The notes beneath the pieces are model-generated. The model had not been told where the DNA came from and searched no databases. It saw only the letters and a program-made list of their open reading frames with translations. The position numbers were made by a program, and so were the translations under genes. From Conexibacter sp. (GTDB lineage Bacteria > Actinomycetota > Thermoleophilia > Solirubrobacterales > Solirubrobacteraceae), in NCBI GenBank assembly GCA_035654055.1, contig DASRXW010000090.1, positions 3,777-67,776 of the forward strand: a stretch of 64,000 nt of DNA, read 5' to 3'. Below, in pieces: positions 36,924 through 47,546 of the stretch. Every line of letters begins with the position of its first letter. Position 1 is the stretch's first letter.

Positions 36924-37648
36924 GACGCTCCGCGTCGATCGCGACGGCGACGCTCGACTACAGCGCCGCCTACGACCCGGACGCCGATTTCGACGCCGTC
37001 TACACGCTCGCGACGGGCCGGCGGATCGCCGCCGCGCTGGCCCCGGGTGCACGCGTGCTGGAGCTGGGCTGCGCGACCGGCCTGATGACGACGCTGCTGG
37101 CGGGCGGAGGTCGCGAGCTGGTCGCGGTCGACCGCTCCGCGCCTTACCTCCAGTGCCTGCGCGCGCGCCGGCTGGCGGGCGTGAGCGCCGTGCTCGCAGA
37201 CGTCGAGCAGGTCGAGCCGCCGGGCGCCTTCGACTGCATCGTGGCGACGAACCTGCTGCACGAGGCGGGGGACCCGCAGCGGCTGCTGCACCGCATGAGC
37301 GGCTGGCTCGCCGCGGGCGGCCGCATCCACGTGACGCTGCCCAACCCGCGCTCGCTGCACCGCATCGTCGCGTACGAGATGGGCCTGATCGATCGCCTCG
37401 ACGCGCTCTCCGAGCGCGGTGCGCGCTTCGGCACGCGGCGCGCGCTCGACGCCGACGCGCTCGCGGCGCTCGCCGCCACAGCCGGGCTGCGCGTGACCGA
37501 GCGCGGCGGGATCTTCCTCAAGCCACTGCCGAACGACGCGATGGCGAAGCTCGACGCGGCGGTGCTCGACGGCTTCGAGCGCGCCGGCCGCCACCTGCCC
37601 GAGCACTGCGCGATGAGCTACCTCGTGCTGGCGGCGTCCGATGCCTGA
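36920..37648 (+). CDS. Class I SAM methyltransferase
   Basis: VLELGCATG, PNPRSLHR; ATGA overlap. Confidence 0.85.
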   Translation: MRRSASIATATLDYSAAYDPDADFDAVYTLATGRRIAAALAPGARVLELGCATGLMTTLLAGGGRELVAVDRSAPYLQCLRARRLAGVSAVLADVEQVEPPGAFDCIVATNLLHEAGDPQRLLHRMSGWLAAGGRIHVTLPNPRSLHRIVAYEMGLIDRLDALSERGARFGTRRALDADALAALAATAGLRVTERGGIFLKPLPNDAMAKLDAAVLDGFERAGRHLPEHCAMSYLVLAASDA

Positions 37649-39011
37649 GCCACGCGTCGTCGTCGGCGGCACGCCCGCCGCGCTCGTGACGGTCGACGCG
37701 CTCGGCGCCGCGGACGTGCCGGTGCGCTGGCTCGCACCGGAGCGCGGCGTCGGACGCGGCTTCGCGCCGATCCCCCGTGACGGTCGCACGCTCCAGCTCG
37801 GCGTGCGGCTGCTCGAGCTGGGCTACGAGGACGACCGCACGCCGCCGCCGCTCGCCGCCTATCGGTCCGGGACGAGCGGGCACCGGCCGTTCACGCCCTT
37901 GATCCGCAGCTGGACCGAGGCGCTCGCCGGCGAACGGCTGCGCGAGATCGCTCCACCGCGCGTGGCGCTCGACGGCGCGCTGCACGACGACTACCTCTTC
38001 ACCGTGGACCTGGCCGGCGTGCCCGACGCGCTGCCGGCGGCCGAGCGCGCGGCGATCGCGGACGAGGCGGCGATCGCCGCCGCAGCGCTCGGCGACGCCG
38101 GCGTGCTCGCCGACGACCTCGGCGAGCGCTCGCTGGCGGACGCGTCGCGCGCGAATCACGGCGCCACCTTCCACGCCCGCCTGATCGAGCCGCTGGCCGG
38201 CAAGTTCGTCCCGGGCGGCGCTGACGCGATCCTCGCCGACTGGCGCCGCAAGGCGTGGCTGCCGCTGTTCTGGCCGCGCACCGTGCACGAGGCGTTCGCC
38301 GGCACGACGCCTGCCTTCCGCCCGCGGCGCACCTTCCACGAGCTGACGCCCGGCGGGGTCGGCGGGCTGATCGATGCGCTCGGCGAGCGGATCGCGACAT
38401 ACGCGAGCGTCGAGCGAATCGCCGTCGGGGGCCTCGCCGGCGTCAAGCCACGCGACGGCGGGCTGCGGCTCGCGTTCGAGGGCGGCCACGTCGAGGACGC
38501 CGCCCGGCCCGCACTGGGCGTCCCCGCCGCAGAGCTGCAGGCGGTGCTCGGGATCGATGCCGCGGTGGAGCGGCTGCGGACCGCGATCGCCTGGATCGAG
38601 GTCGACGAGGACGCGGTCCCGGACGGAACCGACCTCGTGCACGTGCTCGACCCCGGGAACCCGGTCGCACGCGTGAGCGGCGGCTCGACGACGCCGGCGG
38701 CCGGCCGTCGCCTGCTGTCCGTCGAGCTGCGCCACGACCAGGCGGACGGGACGCTCGCGGCGGCCGCGATCGACGGCCTGCGCGACGCCGGGCTGCTCAA
38801 GGACGGCGACCCCGTGTCGATCCACGAGGGGGCGATGGCGACGCTCCCGCTCCCGAACGCCGCGACACGCGCGCGACTGACGGCCGCACACGCGGCGCTG
38901 ACCGAGCGCGCGCTCGACGCCGAGCTGCTCGGCGGCGCGCTCGCGCCCGGAGCCGACAGCCTCAACGAGCAGATCGTCCAGGGCCTGCGCGCCGCGGAGG
39001 CCCTGGCATGA
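37641..39011 (+). CDS. FAD-oxidoreductase-like protein (degenerate dinucleotide-binding motif)
   Basis: N-terminal VVVGGTPAAL, ERGVGRGF, LGVRLLE; operon position. Confidence 0.5.
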   Translation: MPEPRVVVGGTPAALVTVDALGAADVPVRWLAPERGVGRGFAPIPRDGRTLQLGVRLLELGYEDDRTPPPLAAYRSGTSGHRPFTPLIRSWTEALAGERLREIAPPRVALDGALHDDYLFTVDLAGVPDALPAAERAAIADEAAIAAAALGDAGVLADDLGERSLADASRANHGATFHARLIEPLAGKFVPGGADAILADWRRKAWLPLFWPRTVHEAFAGTTPAFRPRRTFHELTPGGVGGLIDALGERIATYASVERIAVGGLAGVKPRDGGLRLAFEGGHVEDAARPALGVPAAELQAVLGIDAAVERLRTAIAWIEVDEDAVPDGTDLVHVLDPGNPVARVSGGSTTPAAGRRLLSVELRHDQADGTLAAAAIDGLRDAGLLKDGDPVSIHEGAMATLPLPNAATRARLTAAHAALTERALDAELLGGALAPGADSLNEQIVQGLRAAEALA

Positions 39012-39733
39012 GCACGACCGTCGCCGAGCTCGACGCGTACGCGCGCGACTACTACCTCGGCCGCGGCGCCGACGACCTCGACATCGAGGAGCGTCAGCAG
39101 CAGCTGAGCCTCGAGCGGCTGCGCCCGTTCCTGCACGGCCGCATCCTGGAGCTCGGCTTCGGCACCGGCGAGATGACCGCTTCCCTGCGCGCGGCCGGCT
39201 TCGAGACGGCGGTCGTCGAGGGCTCGCCGCTGCTCGTCGAGGAGGCGCGCCGCCGCCACCCGGACCTGGAGGTCCACGAGGGCTTCTTCGAGACGTTCGC
39301 CCCGCCCGAGCCGTTCGACTGCCTGCTCGCGGCCCATGTCTTCGAGCACGTCGACGACCCGCCGGCGCTGATGGCGCAGGTGCGCACGTGGCTCGCTCCC
39401 GGGGGAACGCTCGTCGCCGTCGTGCCGAACGCCGCCTCGCTGCACCGCCGCCTGGCCGTCCACATGGGCCTCCAGCAGGCGCAGGACGACCTCTCGGAGC
39501 GCGACCGGCTCGTCGGCCACCGCCGCGTCTACACGGTGGAGCAGCTCGGCGACGAGCTGACCGCCGCCGGCTTCGAGGTCGCCGCCGTCACCGGCTGGTT
39601 CCTCAAGGTCGTGCCGAACGGGATGATGCTCGACTGGCCGCCCGCGCTGATCGACGCGCTGATGGCGGTCTCCACCGAGCTCGCGCCGCAGCAGCTCGCG
39701 AACATCGCAGTCGTCGCGCGGCGACCGGACTGA
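39008..39733 (+). CDS. Class I SAM methyltransferase
   Basis: ILELGFGTG, HVFEHVDDP, VPNAASLHRR, GHRRVY. Confidence 0.88.
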   Translation: MSTTVAELDAYARDYYLGRGADDLDIEERQQQLSLERLRPFLHGRILELGFGTGEMTASLRAAGFETAVVEGSPLLVEEARRRHPDLEVHEGFFETFAPPEPFDCLLAAHVFEHVDDPPALMAQVRTWLAPGGTLVAVVPNAASLHRRLAVHMGLQQAQDDLSERDRLVGHRRVYTVEQLGDELTAAGFEVAAVTGWFLKVVPNGMMLDWPPALIDALMAVSTELAPQQLANIAVVARRPD

Positions 39734-39743
39734 TCGCTGCAGC

Positions 39744-42365
39744 TCAGCGGCGTCTCCATGCAGCGTCGGCAAGTGCGAAGAGCATGGGGATCGTCTCCGC
39801 CGTCCCGTGGTACCTCACGTCATCGAGTCGTGCCGGAACCGAGTCCTCACCGAAGGTCGAGAGCTCCCTCACCGTCCGGTCGGCGACCTCGGATGCGACG
39901 AGGCCGTCAGCCTCCAGCCTCCGGTGGATCGCGACCGCGAGGGCTCGAAACAAGGCGTCACTCGCGAGCAACCCGCGCGCATGGGCGCCGTGATCCGGCG
40001 CCCCGTCTGCAGCCAGCAGCAGGCGCAGCAGATCCTCCAGCCGGCGCTCGCCGGCGAGCACCCGGGTATCCGCGCGCATCAGCTCGCGGACGAGCGACCG
40101 CTCGAGCTCGTCGACGAGCCGCCCGTCGACTCGGTGCGCCTGCGACTGGATCAGCTCGTAGCGAGCCGACGGCGAGGCGATGCGCTCGCACGCGGCGACG
40201 AGCGCCGCGCGCGCGTCGTCACGCGGCAGGCGCGCGAGCAGCGACTCCTGCAGCAACGCGAGCCCCCACGTACTCGCGCTGCGATACGCCGCACGATCGT
40301 ATGCCTGCTCGACTGCGTTCGTGAGCGCGACGAGCACGTCCATCGCCTGTTCCGGAACGAGCGATTCGACATTGTCGGCCACGCCGAGCAGCACGGCCTC
40401 GGCCTGGCGCACCGTCAGCCCAGCGAGCACGTCGACGAGCTGCGGCTGGTCGCCGATCGCGTCGAGCACGCGGCGGATCGCCGCCGCGGCCAGCTCGCCC
40501 GGCGACAGCGTGCGCCGCAGGTAGAGGGCGAGCGTCTGCGCCTGGGCGACGGCACCGTCGTGCGTGCCTCCCGCAGGCGCCTGCGGCCCGGCCGGCGTCC
40601 CCAGCAGGTGCGTCCGCACGGCCGGGAAGAGCGCCGCCAGCGTCCCGCGCACGGCCCACTCGCGCTCGGGCGCCACCCCTGCGAGCAGCTCCCGGACGTG
40701 CGCGTGCACCTGCTGGTCATCGCGCGGTCCGAGCGACAGGCTGTCGCCCGCCAGCACGCCGATGGCGCCCGGCAGCCGCTCGTGCACGCCCGGCTCGACG
40801 AGGCGGATCGCCTCGAGGCCGAGCACGTCGACGACTGCCACGTCGTACCCGACCATCGTCAGCGTCGCCGGCAGGGCGTTCAAGAAGCGGCGCACGTGGC
40901 GCACGTTGCCGAACAGACGGGGGAAGCCGGAGCCCAGCAGCCGCGCCCAGTCACGCCCGTCGACCGCCAGATGCGCGTTCCCGCGCAGGACACGGCGGAT
41001 CCCGGCGGTCAGCAGGCGCAGCAGACGATCGGGCGAGGGTGCCGGGACGTCGTGCGAGACCTGGACGACCTTCTGCAGGAACTCGCCGCCGTTGCCGTAG
41101 CGCTCGGACAGGGCAGCCTCGACGCGCACGCGGTCATACGCCAGCACGTAGGTCACGTTCGGCAGGTCGCCGACGAGCGTGACGAGCCGCATGACCTCCT
41201 GGATCTCGTCCGCCGGCAGGCGGTCGAGGTCGTCGATCAGCACCACGATCCGGTGAGGGAGCGGCCGCAGCGCTTCGCGGACGCGCTGGCGGGCGGCGAG
41301 CGCGGGCGGGCCCGGGCTCGCGCGGAGCTTCCGCCATGCCGCCACGACACGGGCAAGGATGCCTGCCGAAGCGACCGCCCGTCCGACCACCGGCACTGCC
41401 GTGAGCGGCTCGAGCACCGCGGCGTACTCGCCGACCCGGTCCGCCACTTCGGCGATCGCTCGCCGCGCGCGCCCCGTCGTGCCCGCGGCGTCGCGCAGCT
41501 CGGCGCTCATCTCCCGCAGGAAGCGCTGCACGAGCTCCTCCGTCGAGGAGAACAGCCACGGGTCGAAGCGCAGGACCACCGCGTCATCCCCAGCCGTGAG
41601 CTCGGCCTCGAGCAGGTTGAGCAGCGACGTCTTGCCGACGCCCCAAGGGCCGGTGAGCGCGATCACGAGGCCCTCGTCGGCCGGCGGGCGCAGCGCGTCG
41701 TCTGCCAGCGCGGAGACGAGCCGTGCGCGATCCAGCTCGTCTTCTTCGGTCTCGCCGATCGGCGCGTCGCCGAGCGCCAGGGCGAACGGCTCGCCAGCAG
41801 ATCCGAGGTCGAGCGACAGCGACACCGGCGCCGTCGTCAGCTCGGGCACAGACCATGTGCCGCGCCGCACCGCCAGGTAGTCCTCGACGCTCTCCGCGGT
41901 GCGCGCCCGCCACACCGACTCGTGCACTGAACGCGACCAAGCGGGATCGCCTGGGCCGCCGTGACCGCCGCTGAACAGCCAGCCGTCACGCAGCAGCACC
42001 TGCGCGACGAGGCGCGCGCGCCGGTCATCCATCCCGAGCTCTCGCAAGTCGCCGCTCACCACCGTGGCGTCGGTGCCCTGAGCTTCGAAGCGCTCGACTG
42101 CCAGCCGCACGACGCGCATCACGTCCGCCAGCAGCGGTCGCGCCTCCGCCAGCAGCGAGAGCCCGGGGAGCAGTACGACGACGCGATCGCCGTCGACCAG
42201 CGCGAGCACGGGCATCTCCCCGAGCTCGAAGCGCACGTCGACGCCGCGCTCTGCCGCGGCGACATCGCGCTGAAGCGCGACCACGAGCGGCCACTCCCCG
42301 TCGTGCTCGAAGGCGCGGTAGGCCTGCTCCAGCACGAACTGCTGCGCCTCAGTTGGCGCCGGCAT
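39744..42365 (-). CDS. KAP-family P-loop NTPase
   Basis: GPWGVGKTS, FDPWLF, LIDDLDR, FLQKVVQ, NVRHVRR. Confidence 0.88.
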   Translation of the reverse strand: MPAPTEAQQFVLEQAYRAFEHDGEWPLVVALQRDVAAAERGVDVRFELGEMPVLALVDGDRVVVLLPGLSLLAEARPLLADVMRVVRLAVERFEAQGTDATVVSGDLRELGMDDRRARLVAQVLLRDGWLFSGGHGGPGDPAWSRSVHESVWRARTAESVEDYLAVRRGTWSVPELTTAPVSLSLDLGSAGEPFALALGDAPIGETEEDELDRARLVSALADDALRPPADEGLVIALTGPWGVGKTSLLNLLEAELTAGDDAVVLRFDPWLFSSTEELVQRFLREMSAELRDAAGTTGRARRAIAEVADRVGEYAAVLEPLTAVPVVGRAVASAGILARVVAAWRKLRASPGPPALAARQRVREALRPLPHRIVVLIDDLDRLPADEIQEVMRLVTLVGDLPNVTYVLAYDRVRVEAALSERYGNGGEFLQKVVQVSHDVPAPSPDRLLRLLTAGIRRVLRGNAHLAVDGRDWARLLGSGFPRLFGNVRHVRRFLNALPATLTMVGYDVAVVDVLGLEAIRLVEPGVHERLPGAIGVLAGDSLSLGPRDDQQVHAHVRELLAGVAPEREWAVRGTLAALFPAVRTHLLGTPAGPQAPAGGTHDGAVAQAQTLALYLRRTLSPGELAAAAIRRVLDAIGDQPQLVDVLAGLTVRQAEAVLLGVADNVESLVPEQAMDVLVALTNAVEQAYDRAAYRSASTWGLALLQESLLARLPRDDARAALVAACERIASPSARYELIQSQAHRVDGRLVDELERSLVRELMRADTRVLAGERRLEDLLRLLLAADGAPDHGAHARGLLASDALFRALAVAIHRRLEADGLVASEVADRTVRELSTFGEDSVPARLDDVRYHGTAETIPMLFALADAAWRRR

Positions 42366-42424
42366 GTGACTCCCTCGGCCGCCCGTCGCGCAGCATCGCT
42401 GCTATGTAGCAGCTTGCGCCAAGC

Positions 42425-44236
42425 TCAGCGCCGGGCCAGCACGAGGTCGCCGGGTGCGGCGAACAGCTCTGCCGCCGTACCCACGACCAGCTCGACGTCG
42501 AGATCCTCGCCGTGCGCAAGCGCGGCCTCGACGCAGGCGACGGCGTCCCCGATGCGCTCGGGGGCGACGACGATCGCGCAGCCGGCGACCTCGCCCGCGC
42601 GCACGAGCCGGCGCGCCTCGGCCAGCACGGCGGCGATCGCCTGCGCCTCGACCGGCGGAGCGGCGACGGCCCGCCGCGGCGCGGGAGCGGCGGTGCGCAG
42701 CGCGGCCACGCGCTCGTGCAGCTCCGCGCCGGTCCGCGGCCGGCGCGCGGGCGGCAGCTCGGGCGCGATCCACAGATACGCCTGCTCGACCGCGCACGAC
42801 TGCTCGTGCCCGCTGCGCGCGAGGTGGATGATCGCCTCCCAGTCGGAGATCGGCTCGGCGGACAGATCGGCCGGAGGCGCTGCCTGCCCGGCATGCGTGC
42901 AGGCGGCGGCGACGAGCTGCTCCATCTCCCCGGCCCAACCCTCGCCGTGGCGCGCCGCGACCGCGGTCGCGGCGCGACCCGCGAGGCGTACGCGCTCGCC
43001 GGCGTCGGCCAGCAGGGCGGCGGCGCGCGCCGCCAGCGCGGCGACGTCGCGCCCGCGGGCGATCTGGCCGCCGAGCAGGTCGGGTGGTGCGCCGACCATC
43101 GCGGGCGGCGGGTCGCCGAGCGCGAGCACGGGCAGTCCGGCGGCGCCTGCGTCGAGCACGGTCGTCCCGCCGGTCACCGGCCACGAGTCGAGCAGCAGGT
43201 CCGCGGCGGCGAGCTGTGGGCCGATGTCCGGCAGCGGGCCGAGCGCACGCACACGCGGGTCCTCGGGCGCGACGTCGTCGCCGGGGCCGGGCCCGACGAG
43301 CAGCAGCGTCGCCGTGGGGACGGCGTCGAGCACGGCGGCGGCGAGCACCCGGTAGGCCGGCGCGAGCAGCGCGCGCAGCTTGTAGGGGGAGGCGATCGTC
43401 AGCACGACGGGCGCGTCGGCGTCGAGACCGAGCTGCTCGCGCGCCTCGGTGCGCGACGGCAGCGTGCGCGGAGCCGCGGGCGCGCGCAGCACGCGACTGC
43501 GCTCCGGCGCGACGCCGCGCCGGGCGACCGTCTCGGACGCGTCGAACTCGTTGAGGTTGGCGACGACGTCGGCGCAGCCGACGCCGGTCCACAGCTGGTG
43601 CGAGGCGTGGTTGCAGAGGATCGTCGGCGGACGCCCGACCGGGTCCGCGAACGCGAGCGAGACGACGACCTCGTGGTTGGAGACGTGCAGCACGACGAGG
43701 TCGTGGGCGGCGGCGAGGGCGCGCAGCGCGCGGGCTCTGGCGAACAGGTCGCCAGGAGGCAGGTGCGGGGCGAACGCGCCGCCGGCAGCGGTGACCGCAC
43801 GCCGCAGGCTGTCGGGTACGGGCTCGTCGTCCTTCAGCAGCAGCACGGTCGGCGTGCGCTGCGCGTCGCGCTCGAGCCAGCGCTCCAGCACGCGCCCGTG
43901 GCCGCCCGTCTCGTAGACGACGGTCGCGACGTGGAGGACGCGGCGCGGGTCCGCGGCGTCCGTGGCGCCCGCGGCGGGGTCGCCCGGCACGTGCGCCCGC
44001 CCCAGCTCGTGCAGCAGTCGTTCGAGCGGCGCGCTCGCGAGCCGGCCGGGGTGGTTGAACATCCCGTACGTGAACGCCATCCGCGCGAGCGCCGCGGCCT
44101 CCAGCGGGTCCTCGGCGCCCAGCGCACCCACCTCGAAGGCGTCGAACGCCACGCGCTGCTGCGCGATCGCGCCGCGCGCGCGGGCGATCGCCTCGCGGTT
44201 CGCAGGCGAGTCGTCGAACGGCAGGGGCAGTCCCAT
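42425..44236 (-). CDS. GT-B (GT4-like) glycosyltransferase
   Basis: LHVAT...GGH, ADLLLDSWP..GGT...AGLPV; ATG 44236 chosen from the promoter position. Confidence 0.75.
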   Translation of the reverse strand: MGLPLPFDDSPANREAIARARGAIAQQRVAFDAFEVGALGAEDPLEAAALARMAFTYGMFNHPGRLASAPLERLLHELGRAHVPGDPAAGATDAADPRRVLHVATVVYETGGHGRVLERWLERDAQRTPTVLLLKDDEPVPDSLRRAVTAAGGAFAPHLPPGDLFARARALRALAAAHDLVVLHVSNHEVVVSLAFADPVGRPPTILCNHASHQLWTGVGCADVVANLNEFDASETVARRGVAPERSRVLRAPAAPRTLPSRTEAREQLGLDADAPVVLTIASPYKLRALLAPAYRVLAAAVLDAVPTATLLLVGPGPGDDVAPEDPRVRALGPLPDIGPQLAAADLLLDSWPVTGGTTVLDAGAAGLPVLALGDPPPAMVGAPPDLLGGQIARGRDVAALAARAAALLADAGERVRLAGRAATAVAARHGEGWAGEMEQLVAAACTHAGQAAPPADLSAEPISDWEAIIHLARSGHEQSCAVEQAYLWIAPELPPARRPRTGAELHERVAALRTAAPAPRRAVAAPPVEAQAIAAVLAEARRLVRAGEVAGCAIVVAPERIGDAVACVEAALAHGEDLDVELVVGTAAELFAAPGDLVLARR

Positions 44237-44244
44237 CTCCCCGG

Positions 44245-44270
44245 TGATCGGCATGCGCGCGCGTGCTTGA
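44245..44270 (-). promoter_or_regulatory. Sigma28-type promoter
   Basis: TCAA-N14-GCCGATCA on the minus strand, 8 nt before ATG 44236. Confidence 0.65.
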
Positions 44271-44308
44271 AGCGCCGGACGCGAGCGTGCCGGCGGGCTC
44301 GCACGCGC

Positions 44309-44335
44309 TCAAGCCACCCGCCGGCACGCCGATCA
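44309..44335 (+). promoter_or_regulatory. Sigma28-type promoter
   Basis: TCAA-N15-GCCGATCA, 7 nt before ATG 44343. Confidence 0.75.
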
Positions 44336-44342
44336 CCTGGGC

Positions 44343-47300
44343 ATGGACCCCTCCGGCGTCGCGGCGGGCGCCTCTCGCCGCCTGCGCATCCTCGTCGTGC
44401 ACTCGGAGCTGCCGCTGCACGACCGCCACTCGGGCTCGCTGCGCCTCTTCCGCCTGCTGGAGCTGCTCGCCGGCGAGGGGCACGCCGTCACGTTCCTCGC
44501 GCGCCGCGGGCTCGGCCAGGAGCACTACGCCGCCGAGCTGACGGCGCTCGGGATCGACGTGCACCCGCTCGACCGTGCTCGCCTGCGCGAGCTGGGCGCC
44601 CACCTGCCCGGCCCGGAGCTGGACTTCGCCGAGCTGTGCGTGCGCGGGCGCTTCGACGTCGCCGTCCTCTCCTTCTACGACCTCGCCGAGCAGTACCTGC
44701 CGCTGCTGCGCCGCCACTCGCCGCTCACGCGCGTGGTGGTCGACACGGTCGACGTCCACCACGTGCGCGAGCGCCGCGGCGCCGAGCTGAGCGGGGACCC
44801 GACGCGTCTCGCCGCCGCCGAGCGCACACGCGAGCGCGAGCGGGCGGTCTACGGCGCCGCGGACGCGCTGATCGCCGTCAGCGAGGACGACGCCGCCGCG
44901 CTGCGCGAGCTGGCCCCGGAGGTCCCCGTGCACGTCGTCTCGAACGTCCACGCCGCGGCGCCGGACGGGCCGGCCTTCGGCGAGCGCGCCGGGCTCGTGT
45001 TCGTCGCCAACTTCGCGCACGCGCCGAACGTCGACGCGATCCTCGACTTCCACGCGACGGCCTGGCCGCTCGTGCGCGCCGCGCTGCCGGGGGTGCGGCT
45101 GACGCTCGTCGGCAGCGACCCGCCGCCCGCCGTCCGAGCACTCGCCGCCGCCGACGTCGAGGTGACCGGTTGGGTGCCGGAGACCGTCCCCCACCTCGAC
45201 CGCGCGCGCGTCTCGATCGCGCCGTTGCGCTACGGCGCGGGCGTGAAGGGCAAGGTCGGCGAGGCGCTCAGCCACGGCCTGCCGGTCGTCACGACGGCGA
45301 TCGGCGCCGAAGGGATGGGGATCGTCGACGGCGAGCACGCGCTCGTCGCCGACGGGCCCGCGGCGTTCGCCGCCGCCGTCGCGCGGCTGCACGAGCAGCG
45401 CGCGCTGTGGGAGCGGCTCGCCGCCGCCGGCCGCGCCCACGTCGCCGGCAGCCTGTCGCCCGACGTCGCCCGCGACGCGCTGCGCGCGCTGCTGCGCGAG
45501 CGCGTGCCGCAGGCGTTCGTGCTGGCGGTGGACGCCGCAGATCCGACAAGCCTCAGCCCCATGCTCGCCGGCTACCTCGCAGCATTCGCCCCGGACGACC
45601 CCGTCTCGCTCGTGCTCGCCGTGCCGCCCGCCGACGCGCAGGCGCCGGAGCGCGTGTTCGCCGCGGCGGCCACCGAGCTGACCCGCCTCGGCCGCGATCC
45701 CGACGGGATCCCCGACGTCGCGATCAGCGGCTGGGACGCGACCCTGCCGCTCCCGGCCAGCGCCGTGCTCCTCGACACCGAGCCGGTCCCGGTGGACTTC
45801 CGACTCGACCGCCCCGCGCCGCCCCGCCGGCTGCGCCCGACCCCGCGTGCGGCGCTGCTGCTGCACGCCCCCGACGATCCCGGCGCGCTGCGCGCGCAGC
45901 TCGACGCACTCGCCGCCGCGGGCGTCCCCGACGACGTCGAGCTCGTCGTCGCCGCCGGCGACCCGACGCCTGAGACGACTGCCGTGCTGCACGCCGCCGC
46001 GAGCGGCGCACGCATCGTGCGCACGCCCGGCGCGCTCGGCCGCTTCGCGGCCTGGCAGCTCGGCGCACTCGCGACGCGGGCCCCCCGTGTCGTCGCGCTC
46101 GCCCCGCTCGCGCTGCCGGCGCGCGGATTCCTCGACCCGCTGCTGGGCCGCCTGGCCGGCGGCGACGCGCCCGCGCTCGCCGCCCCCGCCGTCGCCGGCG
46201 CCCACGGCCTGCGCGTCGCCGCCGACGGCAGCCTGTGGCCGCGCGCCGCCGGCGCCGTAGACGAGCAGCCGCTCGACGCGCTCCCGCTGGACTGCCTCGC
46301 CGCCACCCGCGAGCTGCTCGCCGCCGGCCTGCCGGAGCTGCCCGCCGGCGAGGGCCACCGCGAGGCGCAGCTCGCGCGCTGGGCCGCCGTGGACGGCCGC
46401 GGCGGGATCGCGCTCGCGCCCGCAAGCGCCGTCAGTCGCCTCGCGCCGCCCGCCGCGAGCGTCGTGATCTGCACGCGCGACCGCGCGGACGAGCTGCCCG
46501 ACGGCGTCGCGCTGCTCGTCGCGCACGGCGCGCGCGACGTCGTGATCGTCGACAACGGCTCGAGCGACGCGACGCCGGAGGCCGCCGCCGAGCTGGCGGC
46601 GCGCTTCCCCGGCGTCGTGCGCGTCGTCGAGGAGCCCAACGCCGGCCTCTGTCACGCCCGCAACGCGGGCGCCGCCGCCGCGCGCCACGACCTGCTGCTG
46701 TACGTCGACGACGACGCGCGCGTCGCCCCCGGCTGGCTCGAGCACATGGCGCACGCGCTGGCGCGCCCGGGCACGGTGAACGCGGGCGGTCCGATCTGCG
46801 CGCTGTGGCCGCCCGAGCGCCGGGCCGGCTGGCCCGGTCGCGACCTCGAGGCGCTGCTGAGCGTGCTCGACCTCGGCGACGCCGAGCGCCTGCTCGCGCC
46901 GCCCGACGTCGTCTACGGCGCGAACTGGGCCGTGCGGCGCGCGGCGCTCGACGCCGTCGGCGGCTTCGATCCCGCCTTCGGCCCCGGCCCCGGCGCCGCG
47001 ATCAACGGCGACGAGGTCTCCGTCGCCTGGCGGCTGCACCGCGCCGGCCTCGGTGCGACCCGCTACGTGCCGGGCGCCGTCGCCGGCCACCGCATCGGCG
47101 CCGAGCGCGTCGAGGACCGCTTCATGCAGCAGCGCGCGCTGTGCGTCGGCGTCGAGCGCCCACGCCACGCCGTCGCGCTCGGCGACGCCTCGCGCGAGCA
47201 GCTCGTCGCCGACGCCGGCCGCGCCGCGCAGCGCCTGCTGAGCGTCCTCCCGCTGCGCGGCGAGCTGACGGTCGGGTCCGCGATGGAGACGATCGCGCGG

Positions 47301-47468
47301 AGCGGCCTGCCGCTCGCGGCGCAGGTCCAGGCCGCGATGGCGCTCGGCGAGCTCGGCGCATGCGTGCTGCTCGCCGGCGAGCACGAGGTCGGCGCGGGCG
47401 AGCTGTCGCTCGCGCTGCACGACGAGCTGCTGCAGGGCGCGCTCGCCCCGCCGGCGCTCGCGCGCTGA
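44343..47468 (+). CDS. Multidomain glycosyltransferase (GT4 + GT2)
   Basis: APLRYGAGVKGKVGEA (GT-B); ICTRDR, VDNGS, VDDDA (GT-A). Confidence 0.88.
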   Translation: MDPSGVAAGASRRLRILVVHSELPLHDRHSGSLRLFRLLELLAGEGHAVTFLARRGLGQEHYAAELTALGIDVHPLDRARLRELGAHLPGPELDFAELCVRGRFDVAVLSFYDLAEQYLPLLRRHSPLTRVVVDTVDVHHVRERRGAELSGDPTRLAAAERTRERERAVYGAADALIAVSEDDAAALRELAPEVPVHVVSNVHAAAPDGPAFGERAGLVFVANFAHAPNVDAILDFHATAWPLVRAALPGVRLTLVGSDPPPAVRALAAADVEVTGWVPETVPHLDRARVSIAPLRYGAGVKGKVGEALSHGLPVVTTAIGAEGMGIVDGEHALVADGPAAFAAAVARLHEQRALWERLAAAGRAHVAGSLSPDVARDALRALLRERVPQAFVLAVDAADPTSLSPMLAGYLAAFAPDDPVSLVLAVPPADAQAPERVFAAAATELTRLGRDPDGIPDVAISGWDATLPLPASAVLLDTEPVPVDFRLDRPAPPRRLRPTPRAALLLHAPDDPGALRAQLDALAAAGVPDDVELVVAAGDPTPETTAVLHAAASGARIVRTPGALGRFAAWQLGALATRAPRVVALAPLALPARGFLDPLLGRLAGGDAPALAAPAVAGAHGLRVAADGSLWPRAAGAVDEQPLDALPLDCLAATRELLAAGLPELPAGEGHREAQLARWAAVDGRGGIALAPASAVSRLAPPAASVVICTRDRADELPDGVALLVAHGARDVVIVDNGSSDATPEAAAELAARFPGVVRVVEEPNAGLCHARNAGAAAARHDLLLYVDDDARVAPGWLEHMAHALARPGTVNAGGPICALWPPERRAGWPGRDLEALLSVLDLGDAERLLAPPDVVYGANWAVRRAALDAVGGFDPAFGPGPGAAINGDEVSVAWRLHRAGLGATRYVPGAVAGHRIGAERVEDRFMQQRALCVGVERPRHAVALGDASREQLVADAGRAAQRLLSVLPLRGELTVGSAMETIARSGLPLAAQVQAAMALGELGACVLLAGEHEVGAGELSLALHDELLQGALAPPALAR

Positions 47469-47499
47469 GCTCGGTCCGGGCTCGCGCAGATCTCACCAC

Positions 47500-47531
47500 C
47501 CATGCCGGTGGTCGCGCGACCACCCGCATGG
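47500..47531. terminator. Hairpin between convergent genes
   Basis: CCATGCCGGTGGTCG / CGACCACCCGCATGG, 1 mismatch. Confidence 0.55.
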
Positions 47532-47546
47532 CGGCGGCGGCCGCGC

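Noticed and set aside
42402-47420. 1672-aa and similar long Arg/Ala-rich ORFs (for example 9661..12765, 16815..19511, 59168..61864)
   Set aside because: Shadow frames of real genes in high-GC DNA, with no recognisable motifs.
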